Translations under genes and position numbers: made by a program | DNA from: Balanoglossus misakiensis | Taxonomy: Eukaryota; Animalia; Hemichordata | Length of the DNA stretch: 64,000 nt | Direction: 5' to 3' | NCBI GenBank assembly: GCA_040954595.2 | Contig: CM082581.2 | Location: forward strand, 5,572,699-5,636,698 | The notes under the pieces: model-generated | Told to the model about the DNA's origin: nothing | Database searches by the model: none | What the model saw: only the letters and a program-made list of their open reading frames with translations | Part shown: positions 13,749-27,830 of the stretch, one piece after another | How the letters are laid out: the number at the start of each line of letters is the position of its first letter | Position numbering within the stretch: the stretch's first letter is position 1

Positions 13749-16239
13749 TTAAAGAGATTTGAACGCGGAGATCGTTTCATTAAGTACCGCCGTGGCACCC
13801 AAAATGATTTGAGAACTCACACTTACAAAAGAGACTCTAAAATCGACAATTGAAGGAAATGGCACAACTCGTACATGTAAGTTGAAGTCGTGACGACATG
13901 ACGTATTAGATCACTTGACTTTGAAGTTCAGGAATCACCCGGATGCACCTGTGCAGATGGTGGGAACCACCGCTGGGGCTATACAGACTATATGCATCCC
14001 AATTGTATGCTATCCCTCGAACTTTCGTTTACAACTTTGACCTCGGACGAGTGATGTATCCATCAGCGAAGGGATGGCATGAACTCTCGGCATCTTGCAC
14101 TTGACCATGGACCCATCTGTCAAACTCCAGATGTGGCTTTGGCCCTACATCACTACACCCGGGCGAAAGGCCACGATATCCAATCCATTGATCACGGCAA
14201 ACCCTTCATTGCATTCCCGCAGCTGGCTTCATGCATGCATATTACGTAACTGTAGTCAACACTTTGCTCAATTCGCGGTGTAGCTATAAACCGCTAATTA
14301 GACTATGTGTACAGTTAATACGGATAGAAATGCAAAGAGTCAACTCAGACGAAGAATGCTCTTTTCAAGACTATTGTATTCCAAGACGAGAAGAATAAAA
14401 GTAAATCGTCTGATAAGCAGACGAAAGCTTCCGGCCCAAAATAGTTCATTCATGTATGGCCCTATTTATCATAGCAATCACGGCTGACACATGTGTTCAA
14501 GGATAGCCAAGTAACCCCAAAAACGTGTGTGATAAATACTATCCCTGTTTTCATAGAGTCGGAAACGCCTTGTCTACGATACAAAGTAACATCTGCCAGA
14601 CGATATATTCATCATACACATTTCAGCGAATTACCCAGTCCTGATCAGAGAAATGGTTACCCTCTAGCGATGAGCCGTTGTTGTTATTCTAACACAATTA
14701 CAAAATGCTCAAAATACACAGCTTACATGTATTTCGCAAACAACTTTACCGTTAATATGACGATGTCGGTGACGGCGCGTTTTGTGTGCCTTGGATGCAG
14801 AGAACTGAGCAATAGGACGGTATACCGATGGCTGGATTACGCTTGCTTGTGAAATCAGGGACCGAGATGCGCGCGATGCAAATATGTGTCTGTCTTCCCT
14901 GTCTGCTGATTTGCTGGTGTTTTCTTTGGCAACCTGTCACGTCCTTCTGTTTGTCACATCTGCATCGTCGCTTCGTTACGTCATAGGTTCCTGCTCAGAC
15001 TGAGTTGCATAAATGAATAATTAATCAAAGACCCTATGCAGTCTGTGCAAAGCTCCGCGGTTCTGACAATGGCGTTATTCAAACCTATAATTTAGTGCCA
15101 TCCACCGTGTCTGTTTGAAAGCCCTTTCCTGAAGTGGAACAAACGTAAGCCATGTCCCATGCTGCGCTGAACACCCATAGACCCCCACTCTGAAAAAGTC
15201 ATTGTCGACGACACGGTGCCCGCTGGGTCAATAGATTAAGTGAACATTTGATGAAATCATGGTAGAACGATTTCTGCATTTTTTCCTGATAATCTGGTGG
15301 TATATTGGAGCGAACGAACAATCATTGCTATGCATTATGTCTCGATGCAAAATCAATTTGTCACACATCACACTCACGACACGTGACGCGATAATCTCGT
15401 CACAAACCAGGTGACAGCCATGGCCGATAGGATAGCCTATAGGCCCCGAGTCTGAGTCCGGTTCGACGTGTATAGCTCCTGTATTGAGAAGTCTTAAAAG
15501 TTTCTAAACTTCCAAAACTCCAAGATAAATGAGCGAGCAATGTTTGTACTGTCTAAGATTTGTTTTCTTAAATAAACGAAAATTGAAACACAATATTATA
15601 CGTTCTTGCTATAAACCCTAAATGCGTTGAAACCACCGAAGTTCGGTTATTTGCTCACAGTTCGGTCAGTAGAGGGATGTGAGAATTCCTGTTGTTTAAC
15701 TTAGGCCTAAGGCTGACGGCCAGACTCAAATTCCATCGTCAACACTATTTAAACATTGAACGAAGTTTATGAGCAGACATAACACGTATCGACAAGTATT
15801 GACAAGACAAGAGGCTCAAGTAAATGCATGAAAACATTCGAAAGAAGTACGGCTACCGTCGCTTTTAATAATACATAAATATTGGTCATTTTGCTTTCCG
15901 CTATGCATTTTGGGGCATTCAGAGTTTCGGGCGTCATGGCTGAGGGACTTGAGGTTAAGTTACTGGAGTGATACTCGGAATAGAATGTGTGGATGTTACA
16001 GTACATCAGACGTTTCAGATTTACACTTGTCTCCTTGGTTTTGATCCTTGCAACCTGTGACAAGTGTCAATATTCCTCTCATTTGTGAAACGGAGCGTCA
16101 AACACAGATGTTGTTGGATTTGTGATGGCGTTCACTTAACGATCTATCCCGGGGTCTATTCAAACTCATCCAGGGGGTCTAATTGGTGACGTCAACGCCG
16201 ATAGAATTCGTCTGTAATGACATCAACGGACAACGGCAA

Positions 16240-16313
16240 GAGAAATCATTAGAATTTTAAATCAACCGAAAAGGCCGAGAAATCATTAGAATTTTAAATC
16301 AACCGAGAAAGCC
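16240..16313. repeat. 37-bp tandem duplication (2 copies)
   Basis: GAGAAATCATTAGAATTTTAAATCAACCGA is identical at 16240 and 16277, followed by AAAGGCC and GAAAGCC. Confidence 0.95.
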
Positions 16314-17250
16314 GCTCATTGAACGTATTTTAAAGCGGGTGGACTCGACGGGGAACAAGGTCTCGTGTCAAAGAAAAATCGGTTATCTTTCTGTTGAACT
16401 TTGAAACGATTGTCTGCTCGCGATATTCTGTACATGGCTTTGAGCATCTGCGAATGAGATATTGATATTCGATAGTTAACGGTTGCCCAATAACGATTCG
16501 CTTTGTCATGATTAAGGACAAATAATCTGACAAATGACAGATCGACAGAGAAAAGAAAAAATGTCGTGTATCGTCTGCACACCTGCTAACATTGTAACAT
16601 GAGACGTCATCCAATTCTGATCTCAAAATAATGCGAATCTTGATCCAACTGACAGTGTTCGGCATGCAATAAGGGTAAGAGAGTTCGAAGTTTTGGCCCA
16701 TTATTACGCATAACTTACAAAAATGACTGTTTTGTCAGCTCCCCAAAGATGCACAACGTTTCTTTGGGATTTTTATGCGTCAGTATCTGTAGTCCGAGCC
16801 ATTTTCTCTAAGATCCACGAATCAAAAATTTCGCTTGAACCTACTATACGTCCAAAACCCTGCAACGTTGTATTTTTTATACATAAGTTTGGTGTTTTCG
16901 TTTTTCCAAGTTTCATTCTTGACTTATTTTATTCGTTTATCATGATTATGTCTATTTATTCATTTAAGTAAGTAAACCGTCTGTAGAAAGAACATACCAG
17001 ACGTATCAATTAAAGGTCAATACAGATGTACATGTATTAGGAAAATCCTCTGGGATCAAGAATAGATCTTAGTTGAATTACGGTGCTTGTATGACTGCAT
17101 TATGTTATGTCCCCCAAACATCTGCAAAACAAACAAGCCTTGCGCAAAAAGTACAGTACCGGGTTCAACCTGCGATTTTTCAATCACCGACTGTCTGGTC
17201 ACGCCCGGTAACCAATACGAGACAACCCTCAAGTAGCCTTGTCTCCATAG

Positions 17251-17308
17251 TACCCAGTATGTTTTAGATAGACTCCTGTGTGAGGGTCTATCTAAAATAC
17301 ACTGGGTA
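17251..17308. repeat. Inverted repeat/hairpin, 25-bp arms, 8-nt loop
   Basis: TACCCAGTATGTTTTAGATAGACTC (17251-17275) pairs with GGGTCTATCTAAAATACACTGGGTA (17284-17308) at 22/25 positions. Confidence 0.85.
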
Positions 17309-20300
17309 TGGATACCACTATAACCCTCAACCCAATAGAGTCCAGATCAACGCATATTTATAGCTGTACCTCCAAATCGCATCACATTGTCACTGTACAC
17401 GCGTCTAACCTGAAGGAGTTTGGGTCAGACGTATCGGAAGATTGGCTGTATAGAGGTACATGTACGTGCGGCAAACAGTGTACATGTACATGTACTATTA
17501 GTCCCTAAGGCGAGGCGAAGCGGAAACTACAGAAATATGAATTCATACCATGTCGTTTTTTGGTCTTTTGAATTCCTTACTTGAGTATTTTTTGAGCACT
17601 GATATAAAAAAAATTGATCTTATTAAATTTTATTAACAATGGTGGTTTTAAAATTAAAACCTCAGGCTTCCTCCTACTAGTTTAATTTACCAAATAACGT
17701 TCCTTGTTCTTCTGAACTTTAATTTAGAAGACACCCCCCACCGAGATTTAATAAAACAGCAGTCTTTTCCACAACTCGTGTCTCCATTATATGGGCCGTG
17801 GTTGGAGTGACCCATTTCTTAGTCATCATGAAATTATAGCATTCACTATAAAAAAATAATGACGACCTCTAGAATTCATCTTGATGGACCCATGAGGCCA
17901 TTTCATTCTGTTCATATATCTGTGTTTTATTTTAGGACATTTGCCAATGTATCATGGTACGTTAGCTTGGCAATCTTCTGTTAGACGACACAGCAGCGTT
18001 TTTGTGTATTTTCAGTTCTGCATGAAAAGTTAAGTAAATTTCAAAATACATCAATTTCTGTTAATAAAATCTGAAAATAAATGAAATAGTGGAAAGGAGT
18101 TGGCATTATCATAAGGAAACATCGACGAGATATTTGTAAGACTGATGCATTTTTCACCAACACGCACGTATTTCCCAATAATAAATTTTTCACACAGGTT
18201 CGAGAAGCGATGCCAGCCGAGTGAAATTTGGCAAAATCGTCATTTGCTAATGAACGCCTCCAGATCTTGTAGATCCAAAGGTATCTATACTTTTGTCATC
18301 AATTATTCTCAGAGGGCTTACTCAAATCGTTGGGCTAAATTTTATTTCAGCGATGGACAATTACCGGGTCTATAAACAGTAATCATAACAGATATTTAAT
18401 CAAGTTTTAGAGTCGAAACCTTTTCTCTAGTCAAGACGACATTTAGCGTCGTTACCATTCGTCATGCGAGTCACAATGTAGGCGTTACCGTGTCGCAACT
18501 AAACCGGGCGATCAGTTAACCGACTGGAAAATGACGTCAAACAAGGTTATGAGATCGTAACTGGCATATACGTCTCCGTGCTTCGCCCGATGCATGTGTT
18601 GATATTGCGATCAGTTGCGGAACGTTCGTGTTTTATTTTCCGCCGCTCCACTCGAAAACGCCTGGGTACACGGAGGCGAAACTCGATCCGGAATTAAAGA
18701 AAAGGGTCAGCTGGAAAATTAACAGAACCAGTCTCAATGCCGTTACTGCTCAATGAGCACGGTCGAATCTGTTTTCCCCAAATATTTGCCTAACATCCAC
18801 AAAGCCTCAAGAAAATGCGCGTTACTGAATAATAGTTTTTGTATATTCAAATGGCCTATTACTATACTACAAGTCTGTCAACTAAAATAAACACGTAAAT
18901 ATTTGTTATTATATTTTGATCTTCACTGAATGCAAATATGAATTTTCGTTGAATAAATATATATAGGCCTATACATGTATATAGAAAACCTGAAACATCT
19001 CTTAAGACAGTAGAAGCGTTATGTTCAATAAGCTGTGTGTTTTATGGGGATTTGCATCGATTTTTCGAAAAAGTCATTATCGCTGAATCGATTTGCGATT
19101 TACATTAAGTCCTGCAAATCCCAAACAACTTTAGGCACGTGACTTTCTGTCGGCTTTGTTCAACGTATCACTTTGTAAAATAAGTTATACCCCCAACCTC
19201 AAAATTGTTTTCGGCTGGTTAAGATGGTCAGTCTTTTCAGTTCAAGATTTCCAAATTTCCATAATAGGTCGATCGTTAGGACACGTTTTAAGGACGGACC
19301 AAGAAATTTTGGAGGGGTGTCGACATGAACAGCAGTTGACATATTAAGGTGTCTCTGTCATGCAAGACGTTGTCTTACCAATCTGACCTATAACCGAAAC
19401 ATGAAACATGGCACTAGCTCAAAAGAGACTAAATTTGCCATCTTATTAGAAAACGCGATATCCGAAGTACCAGGTAAATTTTGCATAATCTCTAAAGCAT
19501 TGCGGTTACCAAATGGTCCCGCGATTCCGTTCCTCTCCATCTATACATGTAACTGCAGCAATGAAAACTGTATATTCTGTGAATAACTGTCTTCGCAGCG
19601 ATACCCGGGTAATGAATGTGCAAAACGTGCTTTCAGCAACGCCAAAGATCGCTATCAGAACTTCCATAACCAGTTCCCTGGCAAGGTTATCAAAGGATAT
19701 TAAACGCCGCTGAGTATTGTGCCGTGTTGATGTTATCACGTAATAACACGCCGATGGCGAGATTAACACGTTCTTTTACGCATTCCAAGCAACCGGGTAA
19801 ACTCCACAAAACGATGTAACTAGGGGAGGAAAGCTATCTTGTTAACATCAACAACATTGATCAGCTGCATCTATGTGCACACTTAACAGCGTTAAATAAC
19901 ACGGGCATTTTTTTCTCCCATTTCTTTTAGACTCCAATCTTCGCGTTGATCTCGAGCCATTTATTGGCGCCATGGCAACGGGATGAAATAACTATGTCAA
20001 CGCACGGCTCCCACAAATGAAACAATTATCCATAGAGATGGCAATACATGTGGTGTCGCGATTAAGGGACGGCTCCGTTTGAGAATATCGATATGAGAAA
20101 CCTTTGCAGGAACTGAATGGCTCCAGATCGGACAGAATTTAATACATGTACTTGATAAAACAGCTGCCATTTGATGAAGGAAGGAATGACATCAAATTGT
20201 CTAGTATTTCGGATCGTTATTACAAGTGACACTTATTTCCAATTTCACGAGCTTAACCCAAATAACTGTTAGTTGACACAAATAACCGATATGTGTTAGT

Positions 20301-23300
20301 CTCTACAGGGGCGGGATCCCGTCGCTCATGACAGTTTGTTCGGCATTTCATTTCACAGGCTCGTTTTAGTTCCTTGGTTGCATCAAATAGTTACCTTCCC
20401 TAGAGGCGGTGCGTCGGCCGTAATGGTAAACCCAACTCCGCGCCAACCCCCCTAGTTTCCATCCGTCTTAGGAATCACCAACGCTTATAAATACATTAAA
20501 GACATCGAAACAGTAGAACAACACCATTAAGTAACAATGCTGAATTCCCAACAATCCACGAAGTCATTCAGGGGAATATGTTGCTAGGCAACCAACACTC
20601 CATTGGAATAATTGTACAATCCACCAAAAGAAGAACGATTTTTTACAAAAATGTTCTTCAAGCACAATCAAATCCCAGCGATCGATTTATACCGGGTTAA
20701 TGTATATTTCACAGTCACGGGCAGGTGATGTATCGCGTACTGTCTAAATAGTAAAGGTAACAAAAATCTCGGTGTACTCTTTTGAATAAGACACAACTGC
20801 ATCATCCGATGTTAGGAATACGGAATACATTAAGATATCACGACGTATTTCGCCTGCAACATGAGGCGCCGGACAAAAATAAAACGTGGTACCGAATTTT
20901 GCAGCTTTCAACTTATAAATGTATCGCCGGGTCTATAATTACTTATCGCAAAGACTTCTGATCCAGACATTGGTTACAACTTTACAACAGCCGGGACATA
21001 AACCGTACTTTGTGCTGGCGTCAAGGTCACGTGCTGGTTTCAACACCAACCTTGGAAATGTTCTTGTACGAAACTCACATTAATTGTGTGATTTCATTTT
21101 AAACCACTGTTAAAGTTTGACTGACTCTCTAAAGATATTGATTTTTTTCCAAACTGAAGTTAAATACTTGAAAGTCGTGTCAATACGCCTATACCGCTCG
21201 GTCGATAAAGTCATAAACTGTTTCCTACAAACACGTGACACAATGTTCTTGGTTCAAATGTACTGTTAGATTTACCCTTACTTACATCCATAAAATTGAT
21301 TACATATGCCGCCAAACAGGCTCACTATACCAAACACCGATATTCTATATTTTTGAGCCAAGCAACCCCAGGGGAATTCAATCTGGGACCACTGTACTGT
21401 AGAGTCGACTAGGCAGAATTGGCAATATCCCCCAATATGCCCACTGTTATTACCGTCATTAAAATAAATCCATGTTTTGATAAATTTGTGGATTATGGCG
21501 ATCCGATTATCCGGACTCGGCTTCCTGAAACCCGCCGTGATTTGTCCCTTAATTTCCTGTTGGCGACTGTAAAAAAATATGCTTACTACAAAACTGGCAT
21601 GGTATGTGAAATTAAAGTTAAATACCTATTTCTCCAGTGGAATCCATAAAGCGCGACGAAACTTGTCATCCTAAATCGAGGTGTGTCAGACCATCGTGGC
21701 TTCTTTGCGCCACTGCGCATGTCAAGACTTAAATGATGATCTCGATCTCATTTGATCAAATAGCATTGCATGATGCTGTGCTTATTATTATTACGGGTGA
21801 TTTGCGCAGTGTTCTTTCTGGACTTTGAAAATTTGACAGAGCGATGCAACAGTGATGGTCCATGTATCCTGGGCCATAACAAATTAATTCGAATCGGGAA
21901 AATGTGACCGTGCTAACACGGAATGTATTTTTATATTTTGCTTGTTGACTTATTCAGGAAGCTTTAGTGCAATACTAACCCGGAAATTGCATTTCTGTTT
22001 CTACATTTGTATTCTATGCGTCCGTCTATCTGATAAATAGGCATATTGCCATATTTCATCACAAGCATCTATTGTGGGAGAATATAATGACAAATCGAGT
22101 TTGGGGGCGGGGGTGCTCCTTTATATTAATGGCTATTTCATCTGGGTATTTCTTTAATTCATGAATATTTCTTCTGTCGTATGCAAAAAAACACGACCAA
22201 ATACCAATCTGTTATATTTAGCCAACCATAAACTTCTTTTCGGGCAGTAGACATTAAAAGCCCCAAGGTTCTGATAACGGAAGCAAACGCGATTCTACTG
22301 AATACTCAGCATACATGTAAATACCGACATTGGTTTAAGCGGAAAACACGCCCTATTGGACTCGCCTCAATCCAAAGTCATTAAAATTAAAGAAGTTGTA
22401 AAAATTCCTACGCTGGTCACATTCCTGACGTTGAACGGTCTGTCAGATCCAGGGTCGCTATTAGCAATGAATCGTTCCGAGATTGTAAAACTCCACACTA
22501 TTTTTTCAATTCAGAAATTTTTGTAGTCAATGCATTTTTCCAATCAAGTGGTTACACACCAATAAAGTCTGCCTCCAATGCAAGGGTGAAAGTCAACGAT
22601 TATTGAATCGAAGGCTGATAACGTTAAATTGAAAGAAAAACCAGCAGCTGTGTCTTTCACGTAGCTTTTTTTATCAGAGAATTTGTCAAAGACGTTTAGG
22701 TAAATTAGAAACACTGAGATAACACGCGACGTAACGTTGTAGGGCGAAATGAATTGTTAGTTGTATTCCGTGTTGATTGTAATCGCGCCTTCTTTTCACC
22801 CAACGACAGAAATGTCTCGGGAGATAATTCGGTGACGGGTAAAGAGAGAAAAGTTCAATTCGGAAAGAGTCGTCAACTCTATCAATTTGTGGGAAGACAC
22901 TTAATAGAGCGCGTCAGTACAGTGCAAGAAACCTCATCGTACAGTTCAACTGCAGGTGGAGAAAAAAATTGAGGGGACAGTTCACATTGATTCATCGCTT
23001 GCCTTAAATACGAACAACGACCTGCAGAAGTCTTTCGTTAACAGGCTACGTTCGACTCTGTCATACAGCGTGATCGCCGTTAGACATCAAATCGAACTTG
23101 AAGAGGTTTTATACAATTACTCGACAAGTCCACAAATTGAGAGTGAACAGACACATCTTGTCTAGACGGAAGAGTGAACGAGTTAGCCAGTTTGAAGAAA
23201 TGTTCTGATGTCATTCATACTAGCACTACATGGTCTCCCATTATATTTTTATCGACGCCACTTGAAAACACTCGAAGCATTTTCTACAAAAATTAAGGGG

Positions 23301-26206
23301 CTTCTTTTTTATTTTGAGAATGGCTATCAAACAACACCTATATTGATCACGGCCTCTAACGGGATTTGCAGAAACAAATTACCAGAAGTGGATACTAAAT
23401 TAAAAAACAAAAGAGCACCATTTTAAAACTGATGATTCAGGAGGGTGATACCTCGATTTAAGGGGATGCAGGTCACACGTGCAGAAACCTGGTATCGTTA
23501 GAGAGTGCAAATTTATGGCTCCGGGAAATTTATGAAAACTGAGTGTGTGTCAAGTACGATAGCTCTTCGTTTAGCTTGTTCCCTGTTAACAGTAATCGAG
23601 TCAAAATACATGGCTATTTAACCAGCTTGTAAATTATGTGTTCAAGAAATTCAGATTGTCGGAGTAACGGAACTAATGCATAGGTATATATTTCTGTGCT
23701 GCAATTTGTAAGGCCTTAAACGAGCAACAAATTACATGATGTTGCAATATATATACAATGTATAGCCATAAGTACAGGGCTGGTGTATTTGACGGGGAAC
23801 GACAAAGGGGTTTAGACCAAATTTAGCTTTCTCATCTCAGGAGTGAAATTGCGGGGCAAAGCTATTGTCCTTAAAATACCATCAAGAAAATGCTAGCATA
23901 TCGGAGTTTTTTTGTTCTTCTCAGTAAGCGTGACTTCAAGCAATATTTAAAAAACAGTATTATCAGTGAGAGGTACGTGTAACCTGCAGTGATCTCAACG
24001 TCTGCGTCATACGAACAGTCGAGTCGTCAGTATGAATAATTCGGGAGACACGCACAAAAATCTGACTTTCCCGGGGAATAGATCAAATAGCCGCCACTGT
24101 GAAATGCAACGATACGAACACCTGCCGTGGAAAAAAAACAACTCGATCTGAGTCATGAAATGCCTGGTGTCGAATCCGGATACCATGAAATGGATCACCT
24201 ATCAATGCTGCTGTTCCTCTATGCCTTTTCATTATATTGTGCGATGCCTTTTCATGTTACTGAATGCAACGAAAACTATCTCGCAGTCCCTGCGGATGAA
24301 ATTCATCACAATGTATACTATTTCCGCGGCATCTGAATTGCCCCGTTCTGTGATAGCCATTCGGATGGGCCACGTGCTTTCCTGTCGATAATAGGAACCT
24401 GGTTCCCAATTCCGTCTTGAAATATTTCTATTCTGTCTCGCCAGAAATACTTTTAATCATACTACAGAACGCGCGAATAACTTCCTGGCTTTTGCTTAGC
24501 CGTTCTCGTGGTCTGCATGCGAATTACTGTACCGACTCGACGGTGTGACAAAGTGAATCTGTCGACGAGAAAAATAAATACAATGACCCGGGTTCTTAAA
24601 TATTTAACGGTCTTTTTTCGATTAATTAAAAACAATACCCACAGTAACGTACGTTGGGAGAAAGTAAGGTAAACAACAGATAAATAAGGTTTTATCTAGT
24701 CTTTTCCAAAAACGGTAGAAATTCAGCAACAAAAAGCTATAGTTCAATTTATATAAAAGTAAATGATGTACTGGAAAAGTATCGAGCCAGGCCTACACTG
24801 GGTTTATCGGATTGTGTTCAGATTGGTGACGGTTCTACTTTTTTGCAAGCTATCACGTGACTGTTATATTGTAATATATCTGGATCATTTTCATCATATA
24901 TCTGAAGGGACCATTCTATGGCCGTGTGCAGAAACAACAAAATCATTGACATTCGCCTTTGGTTGATTTTGCGAAGGTCTCTCGGTAGTAAATGAATTTC
25001 GATACAGGCAGCCGCCGTGCCAGAGGGCGAGGCAATAACCACCACGTCCCAGGCGCTAGTTTCATTTTACGGTCAAGTCGATGTATACTTAATAGGTGCA
25101 GCTGCATTACTACAAAGCGCGGTTAATTGAACACTCGGCAAATATTACGTTTGGGGACTGCGCAGCTGCGGGTACGTGTCAGCGCCTGGCGGAGTCCGCC
25201 AAAGGTATATCTGGCTGAACTGACAGTAAACACCACAAGACAAGACGAAAGACCCGGCCCTGGCTTCCAATGTAACTGATTACAGGCCTGGGCCCCCATC
25301 GGGTCCACGACCGACAAGAAATCTGTGGCGGATCCTCGCCGTTAATCATTCACGCTACCTGAGTGGGAATCCCCCTTAGAAATATTTCACGTCTCGCAGA
25401 AGCACGCTGGCTTTAAGACTGTCAAGACCACGAACCCCGCACACACGATCACCGATTCGCAACGCACCAACAATTTTCAACGCTAAGTCCGTAATAACGG
25501 CCGCGGCCAGTGGACAAAATTCGAAGCAATAAACAAGAAATTAAAAAGAAATAACTCAGTGCCCGGGCGTCGTCCTGTTCATTTCCCGCTAGAAAGAATT
25601 TCACGACTGCAAGATTACCTGCAAGCTCGGGCTATGATCAACTATAAACTACAGATTTGTTCGTCATTCCAAAGGATTATTAAAAAAAACGCACGACGTT
25701 TCGAACGATTGCGTTAAGGCAGACGTATGGTGTATGTATGTGGAAAGCATTTTGCGTATATCATGATTGAAAGGACTTGACACCGGGAGACAGAGTCTCC
25801 GGGGTGTTTACACGGGTCACGTCGCGTGGCGGGAGCTGTAATGACATCGGATTCAAATTCAGATTGAAGTTACACATTCGGAGTCTTCCAACGCACTTTT
25901 CGTCCGGGAAAAAAAATTCACACGCGCCCACGCACACACTGATTACTCGTTGTAACCGGGTAAAACTCGGTCAAGCCACGGTTGAGACCGCGCCGAGGTA
26001 TGATTAAAGATTACCTTATCAGTCTAAGTGGCTGTATTGGTCCTGGAATGAAGTAATGGAGACACTGTAATTAAATTGTTCGAAGGATACTATACAATGT
26101 ATATGAGAATAACAGTTTAGTTTCCCTAACCTCAAATGTGCAGAGTGTATGATTATCTCGACAGAAAAAATGACGCTTCAAAATTACAAGCGTATACACC
26201 GTGTCC

Positions 26207-26302
26207 ATCTATCTATCTATCTATCTATCTAACTATCTATCTATCTTATGTCTGTTTGTCTGTCTGCCTGCCTGCTTGCCTGCCTGTCTGCCTGCTGTCT
26301 GT
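26207..26302. repeat. Compound microsatellite (TCTA)n-(TCTG)n-(CCTG)n
   Basis: Read directly. Confidence 0.9.
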
Positions 26303-27729
26303 ATGTATCTCATCGGTCTGTAATTCTTGTACCGTACTCATCAATCACAATACTTTTATAACATATGTCCGCATTCCACAATCAATTAAAAATATGTACA
26401 ACCGCATTTTTCACGGAAGATGCATTTGCTTTAAGGGGTATTTAAACGTTCTTTTTCAAGGCCATTGCGTGGCCATTATCAAGGGATAAATTGCGTTTTA
26501 TATGAAGCTGTGCACATAAGTACGTATCAATAATTCGTTTTATAGGCGTACAAATATCGGCTTCACGGACTTCGGTCTAAAGGAATAAAACATTTAGCAA
26601 CTTGGATTTCTTCATTTCTCGAGTATTAAATTTGATGTTTTTAGACGATCGATTGGTCAACGTTAAAAGAGGTAGGCCTACTGTCTATCTGGCCACTCGA
26701 TACATGTACATGTACCAATTGATATTTGGTGACAGTGAGAGCAGACCAGGCCAGGTGTATCTCGCACCACAGCGCTGAAGGACCACGGGAGCATTGTGGG
26801 TATTAATTGGAGATTCGTGTGGCGTTCAATCTCACACCACGTCACTCTGGGACGCAAAATCATGACGATATCACATACCTCAATGTTTATGATATTCGAT
26901 AATGGAATTATTTCAACACGTGGAGTTTTGACCTTCCTTTTCTAACGATTGCACTTTGCCGCAATGTTTTTGGCATTTTTGGTGTAAAATATCTGGATAT
27001 CGTGATTTACTTATCTTCTATGAACACTGGCGTCAGATTTAATTCAAATAAAGCACAACGAACTTTTAAAAGAAGAAATTCAAAATTCTACCGGCACGAA
27101 GTCTATCGATTGCTTACGTCTTGCAGAAACGTGTTGTCATGTTCAAAGGATTAGTGTAGTTTATCAAACTGAGGTGATCTCTGGAAGATATCAAACAAGA
27201 CCGGAAGATTAAGTTCTGTCAGAGTGAAATCGCAGCTGGCGAATCGTTATATCTTCCATTAATCATGAATTCGGGCGACACGCGGAGGAATTATTTTTCA
27301 CGACATGTTTCTATTCTTGTCTCAAGTCTGATTTTTTGCTCACCATACAATGAGTATTATTATCACGAAATGAACCTAGCAACAACTTGATAGAAAAGAA
27401 CGAAGAAAACACTCTATAGAATATATACCACTGAATGAAAGTCTTGCAGAATATTTATGTAACGACACGTGATGACAAGATGACGTCATCCGTTGTGTGC
27501 TCTTCCGTCCACCTATCACCTGCATAATTATTTTGATTCAGCGTAACATATCAAGTGAAAAAATGGATAATCGCTCTTACTCTTATTTCTAAGTATTGAT
27601 CACGTGATCACACGCACGCAGCTCTGAATCATAGAACGAGTATAGTTGAGAGGCAGTGATCTGCCTCACGTTAACATTTAAATGAGAGACTGACTGATAC
27701 GTCACTTGGTAACTTTCTCACTTACGCTG

Positions 27730-27830
27730 TCTCTCTCGTTCTCTTTCCTTCCCTCCCTCTTTCCCTCTTTCCAACCAACCCTCTTTATCACTGCCCCTCT
27801 CTTTCCCTCTCCCTCCCCTTCTCTCCCTCT
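27730..27830. repeat. CT-rich low-complexity tract
   Basis: Read directly. Confidence 0.75.

Noticed and set aside
16240-16313. 37-bp direct repeat of CRISPR-like length
   Set aside because: Only two adjacent units, no spacer, no cas genes, and a eukaryotic context.
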